From NCBI RefSeq assembly GCF_006345805.1, contig NC_043001.1, positions 117,986,001 through 118,050,000 on the forward strand: a DNA stretch of 64,000 nt, written 5' to 3'. This DNA comes from Octopus sinensis (Eukaryota). The position numbers and the translations under genes are program-made. The notes under the pieces were generated by a model. It searched no databases. It was not told where the DNA came from and was given only the letters and a program-made list of their open reading frames with translations. Shown here piece after piece: positions 35,160 to 49,615 of this stretch (position 1 is its first letter; each line of letters starts with the position of its first letter).

Positions 35160-35555
35160 CAAGTGGTAAGTAGCTTGCTAACCAACCACATGGTTCCGGG
35201 TTCAGTCCCACTGCGTGGCATCTTGGGCAAGTGTCTTCTGCTATAGCCCCGGGCCGACCAATGCCTTGTGAGTGGATTTGGTAGACGGAAACTGAAAGAA
35301 GCCTGTCATATATATGTATATGTATATAAGTGTGTGTGTGTGTATGTGTTTGTGTGTCTGTGTTTGTCCCCCTAGCATTGCTTGACAACCGATGCTGGTG
35401 TGTTTACGTCCCCGTCACTTAGCGGTTCGGCAAAAAGAGACCGATAGAATAAGTATTGGGCTTACAAAGAATAAGTCCCGGGGTAGTGTTGCTTGACTAA
35501 AGGCGGTGCTCCAGCATGGCCACAGTCAAATGACTGAAACATGTAAAAGAGTAAA
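35160..35555 (+). mobile_element. Second SINE family (tRNA-like head, internal CA/TA tract); inverted copy at about 46191-46560
   Basis: GTGGTAAGTAGCTTGCTAACCAACCACATGGTTCCGGGTTCAGTCCCACTGCGTGGCA..CCAGCATGGCC.CAGTCAAATGACTGAAAC. Confidence 0.8.
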
Positions 35556-36349
35556 GCAACTGAATTATAAGGACCCTACAATTATGAACACACATGAAGT
35601 TCTTGATTTATAAAAAAAAATTTTCTAATTTATGCCAGCCTTGAAATATGGGATAACCATTAACACCAAAGTTTAATGTAATTAGCAATAAAGGCAATGG
35701 AAAATAAGTATGCCTCACTAACGAGAAAGCACAGGATGGAGGCAAATATAATAGTTATACCATGCTGAAGATATATTGGAGTAAATATAGTTATATCATG
35801 TAGCTGATACACCAAAACAAATATAAATATATATGTCATGTTGCAGACATACTGAAACTAAGTTACATGGTGTTGTAGACATATCATGACAGATAAAGGT
35901 ATACCATGTCCATATTACGACCATATGGATATTGAAATGATGAGGATAACTGTAGTTCAAGTATATTTAACATACTGCTAAATATAGGCCTCTACAATAC
36001 AAACCAGACAATGATACTTGACCCCAATAAGCATTTAAATGAGTTTTAACATACTTTTTTCTTATTTCTTATATCACAGTACATGAATAATAACATCACT
36101 GGTAACAGATTTCCAATGGCCAGTTATAAAGTTACATTTCAAAGAGCACGAGTAGTAGGAGAATGCCTAACTCAGTATAAAACAAATATCACTGAAGATA
36201 TATTGTTGGTACTGGTTCTTCAGTCTCCTAACCAATGCTTACACCTTTTGCCAAAAGATACATACACACACTACACACATGTACTGGTCAATCTAAGGCT
36301 TCAATAGAAGACACTTGTCCAAGGTGCCATGCCATGGGATCAGGGATGG

Positions 36350-37525
36350 GTTAAACTACCTGCATCAACTTGCTGTAAAAGCAGATAGGAATTTTATCTT
36401 GTTCTTATTCTCAGTGCAAGTTTTAAAGAGTGCAGTTCGATTTTAACAGTTATTTTTCAAATGGAAGTGTCAAAGGAGCATATTTGGTATATTTTGCTTT
36501 ATCAGTTCAATAAAGGCAACAACGCAACGGAAAGTGCAAGGATTATTAATGCAGTATATGGGGATCGGACAATAAGCATAAGCCAGTGTCAACGGTGGTT
36601 CCAGAAATTCCAAGACTGTAAACTACAGCCTAGAAGACAAGCCTCGTCCTGGAAGATCTGTAGAGCTCAACAAGGACATCCTGCAAACCCTGGTGGAACA
36701 AAATACCATTGTAACTGTTGAGGAATTAGCAGAGAAGCTTGAATTTATTCATTTAACCATTCATCAACACCCGCGTGCCATCATAAAAGTTAGCATATTG
36801 GGTCAATGGGTTTCTCACAAACTTTCTGAGTCCAATCATGCACAGAGAGTGGACGTGTGCTCTTCCTTGTAGTCGCATCTCACAAATGAACCTTTTATGG
36901 ACCGAATAGTGGGTTCTCTATAAAAATGTCAAGTGTCGAAGACAGTGGGTAGGGAAAGGAGAAACACCAGCACCCCAGGCTAAAGGTGTTGTTATCTGTT
37001 TGGTGGGTATGAAAGGTTTAGTCCACTTTGAACTTTTAAACCTAAACCAAATGATAACAAAGGAGATCCACTGCAAACAACTTGGGTGGCTTCAGTCAGT
37101 GCTAGAAGCAAAATGACCTTCTTTGGTTTCAAGACAAAAGGTGTTCTTCCATCAGCATTATGCTTGGCCATATACACCAAGGATGATATTTCAAAGGCTG
37201 AAGAAGTTTGAATGGGAAACAATGCCCCACCCACCATATTCACCGGACATTGCCCCATCTCATTATCATTTATTCCGTAGTCTTCAAAATCATTTGGATG
37301 GAAAAAATATATGTAGATGAGGTCAGAACAGTACTGGAGGAGTATTTTTCATCACAGACAAGTGAATTTTGCAAGAGGGGGCCTTGCAAATCTAGCAGAT
37401 TTATGGAAGAGCATTGTAGAAAATGAAGGAGAGTATATTTTAGATTTTTAAAAAAAATTTGTTTATCTTAATTTTGAAAAATAAAAGTATAAAAAAAAGC
37501 GCATTATTTATGGGATGACCCAATA
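36350..37525 (+). mobile_element. Degenerate mariner transposon
   Basis: MEVSKEHIWYILLYQFNKGNNATE..I..VYGD....QCQRWFQKF; HPPYSPDIAPSHYHLFRSLQNHL; right TIR-like GCATTATTTATGGGATGACCCAATA; frameshifts and stops. Confidence 0.85.
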
Positions 37526-38338
37526 AATCACAGGAAATAAAATAAGAGCCCTTACAAGAGAATGCCATAAAAGCAAACTATAACTTGGCTTCAAATGGCA
37601 CTTTCTCAGAAGTAAGACACACTGTATCTCATGATTACATGTACACTAGGCCTTGTCCTACATCTAAACCTCACAGTCACAATCTCACACATTATGACAT
37701 CATTTTATTTCAGAAAAAAAAACAATGAACCTCACAATCTGATATTACCCCAAACCAATGAGCCTAAAGCTATTCACTCTGCACCCACAAATTAATATTA
37801 GAACCCTTATTGACCAAAGCATAACTACTAACAAAAGAGATTATGGATATCCTTCCCCAACACATGACAATGCAATGATTAAAATGAAGGTGGTAATAAT
37901 TGCAAGTGAAAAGGTGCAATGGTGATCATGAAAAAGATTGCAAGAAATATTTCAAAAGACTATTCTATAATTATAATCCTTGAAACCCATCCTTAAATAG
38001 TAATTAATATGCTATCTGAAGTCCTTCAGTCCTGTTAGAAAAAAAAACACACACGAATAGAAAGCATCATAAATTAAGCATATCAAAAAGATCACAGTCA
38101 AGTTTGTAAAATATGTCTGGAATTCCTTTCTAAGAAATAAAAGAAAACAAAAGCAATAAAACAAAGGATGTTAATTGTATATGGTTTCAAAACATAATTA
38201 ACAGCTTGTTTCAACATTTCCTCATTGAAATATAATAAAATAAAAAATGTTTGTATGCATATTGGATATATGCATCAATGGGTCCATTTCCTAATGGCAT
38301 AGTGCATGTGTGTGTTTATCCTCACACACACACACATG

Positions 38339-38375
<37 letters not shown>

Positions 38376-38619
38376 ATGTTACAATTGAGAAACCAGTCTT
38401 CCTAGAAGCATATACTATTAAAAATACTTTATAATGCATTTTTAAATATCTACCATCACTTGACAATTCTTTAGTTTCAGAACAACAATAAATAGATCCC
38501 TAAGTTGTAAAAAATAACTAAAAATTGAACTTAAATGCCTAAACTATAAAATATGGGAGATATACTATTGATTTTCTCTTCCTGGTAAGTATTTAGCCAA
38601 AAGTAAATAACTGTATTTG

Positions 38620-39830
38620 GCTTGCATCAGCCTGGAGAAAGACTTCGACAGGGTCACTTGCTCCCTCATCTGGTGGTCAGTGTGGAAGCTAGGAATAGAT
38701 GAATAGCTAGTGAGAGCCATTCAAGCCAAGTACAAAGGTGCTGTCAGTAAGGTGAAAGTTAACAATGAATACAGCTACAACTTTAGTATGCGGGTAGGAG
38801 TTCAGCAGAGCTTGGCTTTCAGTCCACCTATTTATGAAAGTCCTCCAGGCCATAACAGAAGAGTTTAAGTACAGTTGTATTTGGGAGCTCCTCAATGCTG
38901 ATGATCTTGTTTTTATAGCTGAACCTGTACAAGAATTAGAACAGAAATTCCAGGTGTGAAAGCAAAAGACCTAAGACATTGTAACCAAGAAAACACAGTA
39001 CACTAATCCTTTCTGGAAACAGCATCATTTGACATGTAGAAAAGGTACAAGTAGAAATTCCATATGGTGTACTCAGTGCAAGCAATGGACACACAAAAGA
39101 AACAGTGGATGTAGTGGAATCACAGAATAGGTTGATAGTGAAACTTCCTTTGTGGGAGATGCACATGAGCAATAAACACGAAGGACACATTTGAAATAGA
39201 TTTTCTCAAATTTCCAGAAATATCTTTAGAGATAGTAGATAGCTCCTGTTACCTAGGTGACTGAATTAGCAGTGAAGGTGGAGGTTTAGAAAGTATAGCT
39301 TCTAGAAAATGAAGCAGCTGGACACAATTCAGAAAGCTATAATCTCTGTTGGTAACAACAGGCCTCTCTCTCAGGCCGAAAGGCAGCTAGTATGATGCTT
39401 ATGAACAAACAACAATGCTACATTGTAGGGAAATATGAGTCAAGAATGCAGGGGATATGCCAAGATTAAAAAAAATTGAAGCTAGCATGCTTTGCTGGAT
39501 ATGCAAAGCCAGTGTGTGTGTATGGCAAAATGAGAATGTAGTGAGAGAAAAATTAGGGATTGAGAGGCATCAGATGTAATGCACAAGAGAGAATACTGCA
39601 CTGGTATAGACATGTGATGCACATGGATGAAAATAGCTGCCAAAAAGAAGTACCAATTGTTAAATATGGATAGAACTTGTAGAAAAGGGAGACCTAGAAA
39701 GACACAGGAGAAAGTAGTGAAGACAACCGTAGCTTATTGAGCTTCATATTAGTTATAACAAAGGACTAATATGATTGGTGATTCACTGTGTTTAAGAAGA
39801 CAATCCATCCCAGAAAAAAAAATGAGGTTC
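38620..39830 (+). mobile_element. Old, decayed RTE LINE fragment
   Basis: Colinear nucleotide similarity to 43540-44700 (GAGAAAGACTTCGACAGGGTC.., CTCCTCAATGCTGATGAT..). Confidence 0.75.
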
Positions 39831-40308
39831 TAAAACAAATCAATTATGAATATACCTCAATGCCCAATCCGTACCTGTCAAACGTTCCTTGTAACTCATC
39901 TTCATAACACCTATCTCTCCTCATCCTTCTAACTGCAACACTATTTCTTTAGCTGTTGTAATCGTATGAGAGTAGAACAGCATATTTCATCACTACTCTT
40001 CTGCTACCAGTTACCTCCTTGGAACCACTTCCCTTGTCACCCATCCTGCATTCAACATCATCCGTTGCCCATCTCCCCTGAACACCCTCTCACATCTACC
40101 ACTGATGTCCCTCCCTTAATCTTTTCATCACTTGCTACATCCATCTCTACATAACACTGGCCTCCATCTCTGTTAACTGTACATCATCTTATTTCCCATC
40201 CAGACAGTATTTGGAGAAATACAACAGTAAGTACAAGAGGGGAGATAGAGACTAGTTGGTAGTGAAGGTATATATATAACAGAGCAGTTAAGGGGATGTA
40301 TATAGACA

Positions 40309-40351
<43 letters not shown>

Positions 40352-40374
40352 TCACATATATTCACAAACATATA

Positions 40375-41658
40375 CAGTGGTTAGTTACTTTTCTCTATTC
40401 ACAAAACATCTTTCTTGGGTCAATTTTTTTTTTATTCATATTTTTTGTGAATAATTAATTGCCACTGCTGTTGGATTTACCTTCAATCTAAGATGTCTGG
40501 AAAGACGCTGTCTTGTAAAACTGAAGGTAATCGTGCAAAAAGGAACCGTAAAGGGAATACACTGGATATTAAACTTGATGTTTTAGAAAACTTGATGTGA
40601 GAGAAAAACTAAGTTATAGTGCCAAAACATTAAATCTTGCAACATCTACAGTGTGAGCAATGTGTGACAACAGAGAGAAAATTATGTAAAATGCTCAAGA
40701 AGACACTCCAGACCTTATTTTTCTATAGACCTAATGTAATGCTTGGGCCAAGGATCAGAATTGGCATAATGTGCCAATAAACATGATGATATTTAAAAAA
40801 AAATGCCTAAAGTTTATATGAGGATTTTCAGAAAAAGGAAGGTGAAACTTTTAATGAAAACCCTCTTATATTAGTAAAGGTTGGTTTGAAAAGTTTAAGA
40901 AGTGTAGGAATTTACCAACATAAAAATCACAGATGAAAAAGCAAGCACTGACACAGAGGCTGCTACTAATTACCATGAGCAGTTATAATAATAACTGAAG
41001 GTAACTACACAAGAGGAAGTATATAATGTTGATGAGACTTCACTTTACTGGAAGCCTACTAGAACTTTAATTTCTCAACAAGAAAAATCAGCACCAGGAT
41101 CTAAAGCTTCCAAAAATTGTCTGATGCTTCTTTTCAAGGAAATATCAGTGGTAATACGAAATTCAAGCTCCTACTCTTGTATCACTCCAAAAATCCAAGG
41201 GCTTTCAAAGGTTATACAAAGTTTAATCTGTCTCTGATTTGGCCTTCAAATAAGAAGGCATGGATGACTAAGAGCCTTTTCAAAGAGTGATTTACAAATG
41301 TTTTTGTCCTACTGTAGTAAAATACAATGCCATACAATATTTCCAGCAAAGCATTACTTCTTATAGACATGCACTGAGCCACCCAGTGAATGTAGATTAC
41401 TTTTTTGATACTGCGAGAGTAGAATATATCTCTAAGAATATAACTTCTTTACTCCAGTCAATGGATCGAGGTGAAATAACTAACTTCAAAGACATATTGT
41501 TTGAGAAAACTTTCAAACAACTTATGAAAGCAATTGTTAGGAAGAATAAACCTACAGTAAAGATTTTTGGGTGAAATTCAACATAATAGTTGCTGTGGAT
41601 AATATAGCTGAGTCATAGGATGAAGTGAAACTTTTAACAATGTTTGGTAAAATATATG
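40375..41658 (+). mobile_element. Degenerate Tigger/pogo transposase, 5' part
   Basis: TACAGT start; MSGK..KRNRKGNTLDIKLDVLEN (HTH), EEVYNVDETSLYWK, LLYHSKNPRAFKG, SNKKAWMTKSLF, QSMDRGEITNFK. Confidence 0.8.
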
Positions 41659-44600
41659 CGAGTTTTCTCAAATGCGAGTTTTCTTTTCAGGTACATGAAG
41701 CCAAATGCGAGTTTTCTTTTCTTTTTCTTCTCTTCAGATACATGAAGCCACTGTCCCCCGTCGCAGGGTCTTACAGGCCCATACCTCCCACACCCTCAGG
41801 GTTGGCACACTGAAAGGTAGGTCTAGTGAGATTGTTGAGATGCTTGAACAGAGATGTGTTGATATATGCTGCATCCAAGAAGTAAGGTGGAGAGGAGGTT
41901 CTGCTAGGTTCCTCACAGGCAAAGAACGCAGGTACAAGATTTTCTGGGCAGGGAACACTGACGGGGTCGGGGGCGTTGGTATACTTCTCGCTGAAAAATG
42001 GGTAGATAAGGTAATTGAGGTAGTCAGAGTATGTAACAGAATACTTAAGATTAGATTAGATGCTTCACCATGGGTTAGCAACCATTATATCGGCCTATGC
42101 CCCTCAGCTGAGGCCACCCGATGGACAGAAAGACCGATTCTATGACACCCTACTGCAGACTACCTCGTTGACGAACGACAGGGACCTTCTTTTTGTGGCT
42201 GGTGATTTCAATGGACAGCATACAGTAGGCTTCCATGGCATACATGGAGGCTACGGCTATGGTTCCCGCAACGTGGAGGGAACCAGGCTGCTGGAGTTCT
42301 GCGATGCAAATGATCTTATGGTTTGCAATACTAACTTCAGGAAGCCTACCAGTCACCTACCGATCGGGCTGACATACTAGCAAAATTGACTACATCCTTG
42401 CCAGAAAAAGGGAAAGATGGCTGCTTATAAAAGCCAAAACCTTCCCATGTGAAGAATGTACCCCACAACATAGACTAGTAGTTAGTGACTTTAGGATCAG
42501 GACTAAGTGGACGCCCAGAAGATGACCAACATGGAAAAGTAGGGTCTGGAAGCTTAAAGATCTTGCAAATGGACAGAGATTTAGAGACATCTATTTCATC
42601 AAAGGCTTCGAGTAATATGAGGATATAGATTCACATAGTGTAGAAGACAACTGGAGGTTTCTATAGGACAACCTGCTGAGAGCCACTGACCAGATCTGTG
42701 GATGGTGCAAAGTCCCCTCTTGACCCAAAATAACATGGTGGTGGAACAATGTTGCAGACAGGGCTATTAGAGAAAAGAGACAGGCTTGGAAGGACTGGAA
42801 GAATAGTGGTAGCAGGGAATTGTATCAGACTGCCAAAAGAGAAGCTAGGAGACAGGTTTATTTAGCCAGAGGGGAAGCAGATAAGAAAAAATTTGCCAAT
42901 GTTCTGCGCCGTGAGGACCAAAGACTTGAGGTATTTCATGTTGCAAGGCAGTGTGAGAGAGAGAATCGTGATGTGGTAGGAGAGAAAAATGAGGATGCAA
43001 AGAGAGAGGTTTGGAAACGCCACTATGAAAGGTTGCTGAACAAAGAAAATGAATGGGATAAAGATAGTCTGCCGAATGTCGACCCAACAGAGGGACCATC
43101 TATCCGAGTTGACAGTTCCTTGGTAGTTAAGGCAATTAGAAGCATGAAGACAGGAAAAGCCCCAGGCTCATCAGGTATTACTGCAGAGATGCTAAAAATA
43201 TCTGGCAGTGTCGGCTATAGCCTAGTCACCAGTATAGTCAACCAGGTGATACACGAACGAGTCATACCCAATGACCGGTGTAGCAGCATAATAGTCAACT
43301 GCTACAAAGGTAAAGGTGACGCCCTAGATACAAATAATTACAGAGGTATCAAGCTGTTGGATCAGGTAATGAAGGTTACGGAGAGGGTCATAGCCCAACT
43401 AATCAGAGAGAGAGTTAGTTCAGATGAGATGCAGTTTGGGTTCGTGCCAGGGAAAAGTACCACTGATGCTATATTCCTGGTAAGACAGCTGCAGGAGAAA
43501 TACCTAGCCAAAGATAAGCCCTGTACTTGACTTTCGTTGACATGGAGAAAGCCTTCGACAGGGTCCCCAGATCCCTTGTCTGGTGGTCAATGAAGAAACT
43601 AGGGATAGATGAATGGTTAGTGAGAGCTGTGCGAGCCATGTACAGTGACGCTGCTAGTAAGGTGAGGGTTGGCAACGAGTACAGTGAAGAATTCTGGGTA
43701 GAGGTAGGGGTCCACCAAGGTTCAGTCCTCAGCCCCCTCCTATTTATCATAGTCCTCCAAGCAATAACGGAGGAATTCAAGACAGGATGCCCCTGGGAGC
43801 TCCTCTATGCTGATGACCCTGCTCTAATTGCAGAGTCACTATCAGAACTGGAGGAGAAGTTTCAGGTGTGGAAGCAAGGATTAGAATCGAAGGGCCTTAG
43901 AGTCAACCTAGCTAAAACCAAAGTCCTAATAAGTGGGAAGGTAGACAAATCACAAACGCCTTCAGGTAGATGGCCCTGCTCGATCTGTAGAAAAGGTGTA
44001 GGTAGAAACTCTATAAGATGCACCAAGTGTAAGCAATGGACACATAAGAGGTGCAGCAATGTCAAAGGAAGGCTAACTAGGAAGATAGTTTTTGTATGTG
44101 GCAGATGCTCAGGAGCAATAAACACTGAAAATGCGCAGAGACCAACTTCCGCCACATTCCAGGGAGAAAAACTAGAAATTGTTGATAGCTTCCGTTACCT
44201 AGGTGACCAAGTCAGTAGTGGGGGTGGGTGTGCTGAAAGTGTAACTGCTAGAGTAAGAATAGCTTGGGCAAAGTTCAGAGAACTCTTACCTCTGCTGGTG
44301 ACAAAAGGCCTCTCACTCAGAGTAAAAGGCAGACTGTATGACGCATGTGTACGAACAGCCATGCTACATGGCAGTGAAACATGGGCCGTGACTGCTGAGG
44401 ATATGCGTAAGCTCGCAAGAAATGAAGCCAGTATGCTCCGATGGATGTGTAATGTCAGTGTTCATACCCGACAGAGTGTAAGTACCTTGAGAGAAAAGTT
44501 GGACCTAAGGAGCATCAGTTGTGGTGTGCAAGAGAGACGTCTGTGCTGGTATGGTCATGTGGCGAGAATGGATGACGATAGCTGTGTGAAAAAGTGCCAC

Positions 44601-45247
44601 ACCCTAGCGGTTGCGGGAACCTGTGGAAGAGGTAGACCCAGGAAAACCTGGAATTTTTGGTCTCACCGAGGAAATGATTAGAGACCGAGACCTTTGGAAG
44701 TATGCTGTGCGTGAGAAGACCCAGCAGGACAAATGAGACCACAACCCGTGGCCTCTACCTGGGATGTAGCCAGTCCACTTATGCATACCTTTCCTTCTTG
44801 GGACACAAAACTCTACTTGCGAAGACCTGTTGAGGCAAGTGAAAATGAAAATCAAAATCGATCAACATCAATGGAAATTGTAGCTGTGATACAAGAGAAC
44901 CGTCCGAACGTGGCCATTGCCAATACCACCCTGACGGGCCTCTGTGCCGGTGGCATGTAAAAATTACCATCCGTGGCCGTTGCCAGGCTCGCCTGGCCTC
45001 CGTGCCGGTGGCACGTAAAAAGCACCGTCCGATCATGGCCGTTTGCCAGCCTTGTCAGGCACCTGTGCCGGTGGCATGTAAAAAGCACCCGCTACACTCT
45101 CGGAGTGGTTGGCGTTAGGAAGAGCATCCAGCCGTAGAAACATTGTCAAATCAGACTGGGCCTGGTGCAGCCTTCTGGCTTCCCAGACCCTAGTTGAACC
45201 ATCCAACCCATGCTAACATGGAGAACGGACGTTAAACGATGATGATG
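41659..45247 (+). mobile_element. Near-full-length RTE-clade LINE (APE endonuclease + RT + Cys-rich insert), disrupted
   Basis: VGTLKGR..DICCIQEVRWRG, AGDFNG, KGDALD..NYRGIKLL, QFGFVPGKSTTDAIF, FVDMEKAFDRVP, GVHQGSVLSPLLF, ELLYADD, CSIC..C..C..H..C; ATATG at both ends; (GAT)n tail; frameshifts and stops. Confidence 0.9.
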
Positions 45248-45780
45248 ATATGGCTAGACTGTATGTGTGATATTACAAGTTTTCCTCAAGCAGAAAATCT
45301 GCATCAAATTCGGAAAGATAACGCGACATTTGCAAAGGATGTAGGATTGAAGAAGTCATAGAGGATGATGTGATTGAGTTGCTGGTGTCCCAGAGAGAAA
45401 GTTTATCTTACAAGGAGCTGATGCTGTTAGAAAAAGTACAAGCTGAGAATAGAGATGAGACAACGGAAGTTCCACCTACACCACTTAAATTAATACCAAA
45501 AATTACTGTTAAACAGTTGGCTATTATAGAGACGGGTCTGCAGATTTTCAATCGTGATCGTAACGCAAAAATTACAAGTAGTTTACAATGAACTCAGTTC
45601 CTACACTGAGCTGTACAAAGAGATGATGCTTCATAAACAAACAACTTCATAAACAACAAACAACTTCTCAGACTGACGTTGGTGATAATGAATTGTAAAT
45701 ACTGTCCCGCATCATCTCAGTACCGCTCATTCTACCACCAATCTTCACAATGTAGTCAACATCTTTTGTGGTAAGAACAC
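45248..45780 (+). mobile_element. Tigger/pogo 3' part resuming after the RTE
   Basis: Joining 41658 to 45253 restores VW*NIWLDCMCD; then EDDVIELLVSQRESLSYKELMLLE. The right boundary is approximate. Confidence 0.7.
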
Positions 45781-48398
45781 AAAACTCTACTTGTGAAGAC
45801 CTGAGGCAAGTGAGAAATCAAAATCGATCAACATCAATGGAAATTGTAGCTGTGATACCAGTGCCAGTGGCGCGTAAGCGAACCATCCGAACGTGGCCGT
45901 TGCCAGCGCAACCCTGATGGGCCTTCGTGGCACGTAAAAAGCACCATCCAACCGTGGCCGTTTGCCAGCCCCGTCTGGCATGTAAAAAGCACCCACTACA
46001 CTCACAGAAACATTGCCAAATCAGACTGGGCCTGGTGCAACCTTCTGGCTTCCCAGACCCCAGTTGAACCTTCCAACCCATGCCAGCATGGAAAGCGGAT
46101 GCTAACGGATGATGATGATGAATGTACTTTTATGATATTACGATTCATATTAATTCGCTAAATGTTATTGTTTTTATGTATCTATATTGTACTCTCTTTA
46201 CTTGTTTCAGTCATTTGACTGCGGCCATGCTGGAGCACCGCCTTTAGTCAAGCAAATCGACCCCGGGACTTATTCTTTGTAAGCCCAGTACTCATTCTAT
46301 CGGTCTCTTTTGCCGAACTGCTAAGTGACGGGGACGTGAACACACCAGCATCGGACAAACACAGACACACAAACTCACACACATACATATATATACATAT
46401 ATACGACAGGCTTCTTTCAGGTTCCGTCTACTAAATCCACTCACAAGGCATTGGTCGGCCCGGGGCTATAGCAGAAGACACTCGCCCAAGGTGCCACGCA
46501 GTGGGACTGAACCCGGAACCATGTGGTTGGTTAGCAAGCTACTTACCACACAGCCACTCCTGCGCCTACTGTGTGTGCTTAAAAATTGTTATTTTCATGT
46601 ATAAAGGTGATCGTGTTTGCCTGTTCTCTGTTGTTTACATGTGCTTTTTTTTTTTTTTGTTATTTCAAAAATGTCTGCAAGAACGCAAACTCACTTGATA
46701 ACAAGAAAATCATTAAGAAAATTAATTTCCCATTCTGAGATTTCTCGTTACGACCAGATTTTCTGGAACGCATTATTTTCGTAAAGCAAAGCATTCCTAT
46801 ATTTCTATATGAATGTTCCTCAAAACATCTACCTGCATCCCAAGAATTTAAAAAGAAAATTTCTTCACCGCACAAGAGATAAGGGAAGTAATTCTATAAG
46901 TTTAAGTCAATTACTTCCCCTTCGTAAACTTATCCATTTGTATGTGTATTTAAATAGACTGTTTCACTGCTCTTTTTATGCCTGCAGTTTGTTTAGTTTG
47001 AAACAACTGGATATATATTTCATTTGCGTCTTCTAAATAACACAGGTTATTTGCTCTGAAGAATGAGAAACTTATAAAACATGTAGAAGTATTCTTTTAT
47101 TTGTTTCAGGCATTACATTGCACCCATGCTGGTGCACCACATTGATGGGTTTAATCAATCAAATTGATACCTGCAATTATTTTAAATCTAGTGATTACTC
47201 TATTGGTCTCTTTTTGCTAACTGCTATGTTATTATAAGGAACACAAACAAACATCAATTGTCAAAGGGTATGAGACACACACACACTCACACACACACAC
47301 ACACTCACACACACACAGTTTCCATTTCCAAGTTCACTCATGGGTCATGCAATGGAATCAAACCTTACACCACATGATTGCAAAGCAAACTTCTGAACCA
47401 CAGCTGAGCCTACAGTAATAAATAAGTTTTAAATGATTAAACCCTACTAAATATACTGAGTACTTTCTTTTTTCATTTGCACATCAAAAAGATATAAATG
47501 TACATTTACAAACCCTTAGGTTCAGGTAGTTGTTTATGTCACATATGACAAGCTGCCCCAAATGTTTTTTCTTAATATTTTATGACCATTCTGGAAATAT
47601 ACATTCTCTTAATATGTAGAGACACATTTTCAACTTGCTCAATATCTTCATCAAAAATGCACACCAAATTATATTTGTGCGTTCTTACTGAGCAGAATAT
47701 TCTATTGCAAAACTGGTTAAATTCACCCTTAAACCATTGTAAGGCAACAGAAACCAAACCAATTCTGTTAAAAAATAGTACAGAATCATTGTTTGGCTGT
47801 TATTTAATGGATAAAAGGCAGCATACATAGCCTTTTTTCAGGACTTCAGTGACTGATGGGAGGAAGGTATCCAATGGCCACAGAACTAAGCCAAATGCCA
47901 GAAATGAAGAGGACTCTGTTGAAATCACCTGAATGCCCAGCATTGGTACTAAACCAAGTAGCACATTATGTATACCAACCAAGAACTAGTAACAATCCAT
48001 CCAATGATCTTACACAGGGTCCCTCTATCAAATCTAACTAACAAGGCTTTGTATAACCTGAAGTAATAGTAGAGGATACTGGGCCAAGAGGAATCAGCCT
48101 TGTAACTATGTAATAGTGAAGTAAACTTCTTAGTCATATTGTCAAGCTCTGTGCAATTGACTTCTGTGCTTGTTGAAATGACAGAATTGTAAGATAAATC
48201 TGTTGTACGAAACTCCTGCAGAGTCACATTGCTATGTAAAAACAGTTGTTAAATGTGAGTTGATTGCAGTGGTTCAATTATTTAGAGCTCCAAAAGGAGA
48301 GGAAATAAAGGAATTTTAAAATTAGTAGCATCTGCTCTCATGGATAACCATCAAAAGACAAGATTGACAAACAAAATCCAGTGAATTGAAAGATGTCA

Positions 48399-48683
<285 letters not shown>

Positions 48684-49071
48684 TTAAAAGAAAGAACATG
48701 AAAAATGTTTCAGTTTCAAGTTAGAGTTTAAAATGACTTTTAAAATGACATTTTATTTTTTCCTCCCATTTTCATAGTTTTGAAAACTATGAAAGCAAGA
48801 AAGTGAAATAGCCACAGACTAATATTTTATAATTTCTTAACATGTAAGAGACAGTCAACAGAAACTATTCCATGACGATATGGAATAATTTCTATTAGGA
48901 ATACTAAAATTCATATACAAAATTAATCCTTCTGAACTGATTTACTCCATTCATTTAAAAAGTATTAATGCCAGATTTAGGTGGTTAAAAGTTTTTGTAT
49001 TACCAACCCTGACAAATGTACAAAACATGAGACCAGAGTCACTGAGATTATTCTATTATTCAAACTGATAT

Positions 49072-49615
49072 TTTGATGGATGGAAATGCTGTTGAGGTAC
49101 CTGTTGTGTAAGTGTGAGTATACCTGTATGCTTATATCTCTTGCCAATGTATATTAAAGAAGGATGTGAATATGAGCAAATGAATGAATTTCACCAATGT
49201 TCCGTTATCACCCCTTGCTGTCAGAAATGTAATGAACCAGTGATTAGTTCATTGGGGTCCTGTAACCAATCCCTTTGAGCCCTGTTCTTACACAAGTAAT
49301 TTCTATTTACTTAACAATACATCAAGTTACACTGATGGTATATCTGAAATATCATTACACTTAATACACATTTAATTGTTTTATATTTGATATCACAATC
49401 TGTAAACAAAATGCATGATTGGTTATGTCTCCAATGAACTAATCACTGGTTCATTACCTTTCTGACAGCAAGGGGTGATAAGGGAACATTGGTGAAATTC
49501 ATTCATTTGCTCATGTTCACGTCCTTCTTTAATATGCATTGGCAAAAAGATATAAGCATACAGGCATACTCACACGTACACAACAGGTACCTGAACAGCA
49601 GTTCCATCTATCAAA
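49072..49615. mobile_element. Foldback MITE with inverted arms of about 200 bp in a NUDT21 intron
   Basis: 49072-49271 is the approximate reverse complement of 49417-49615 (roughly 90% identity by eye). Confidence 0.8.
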
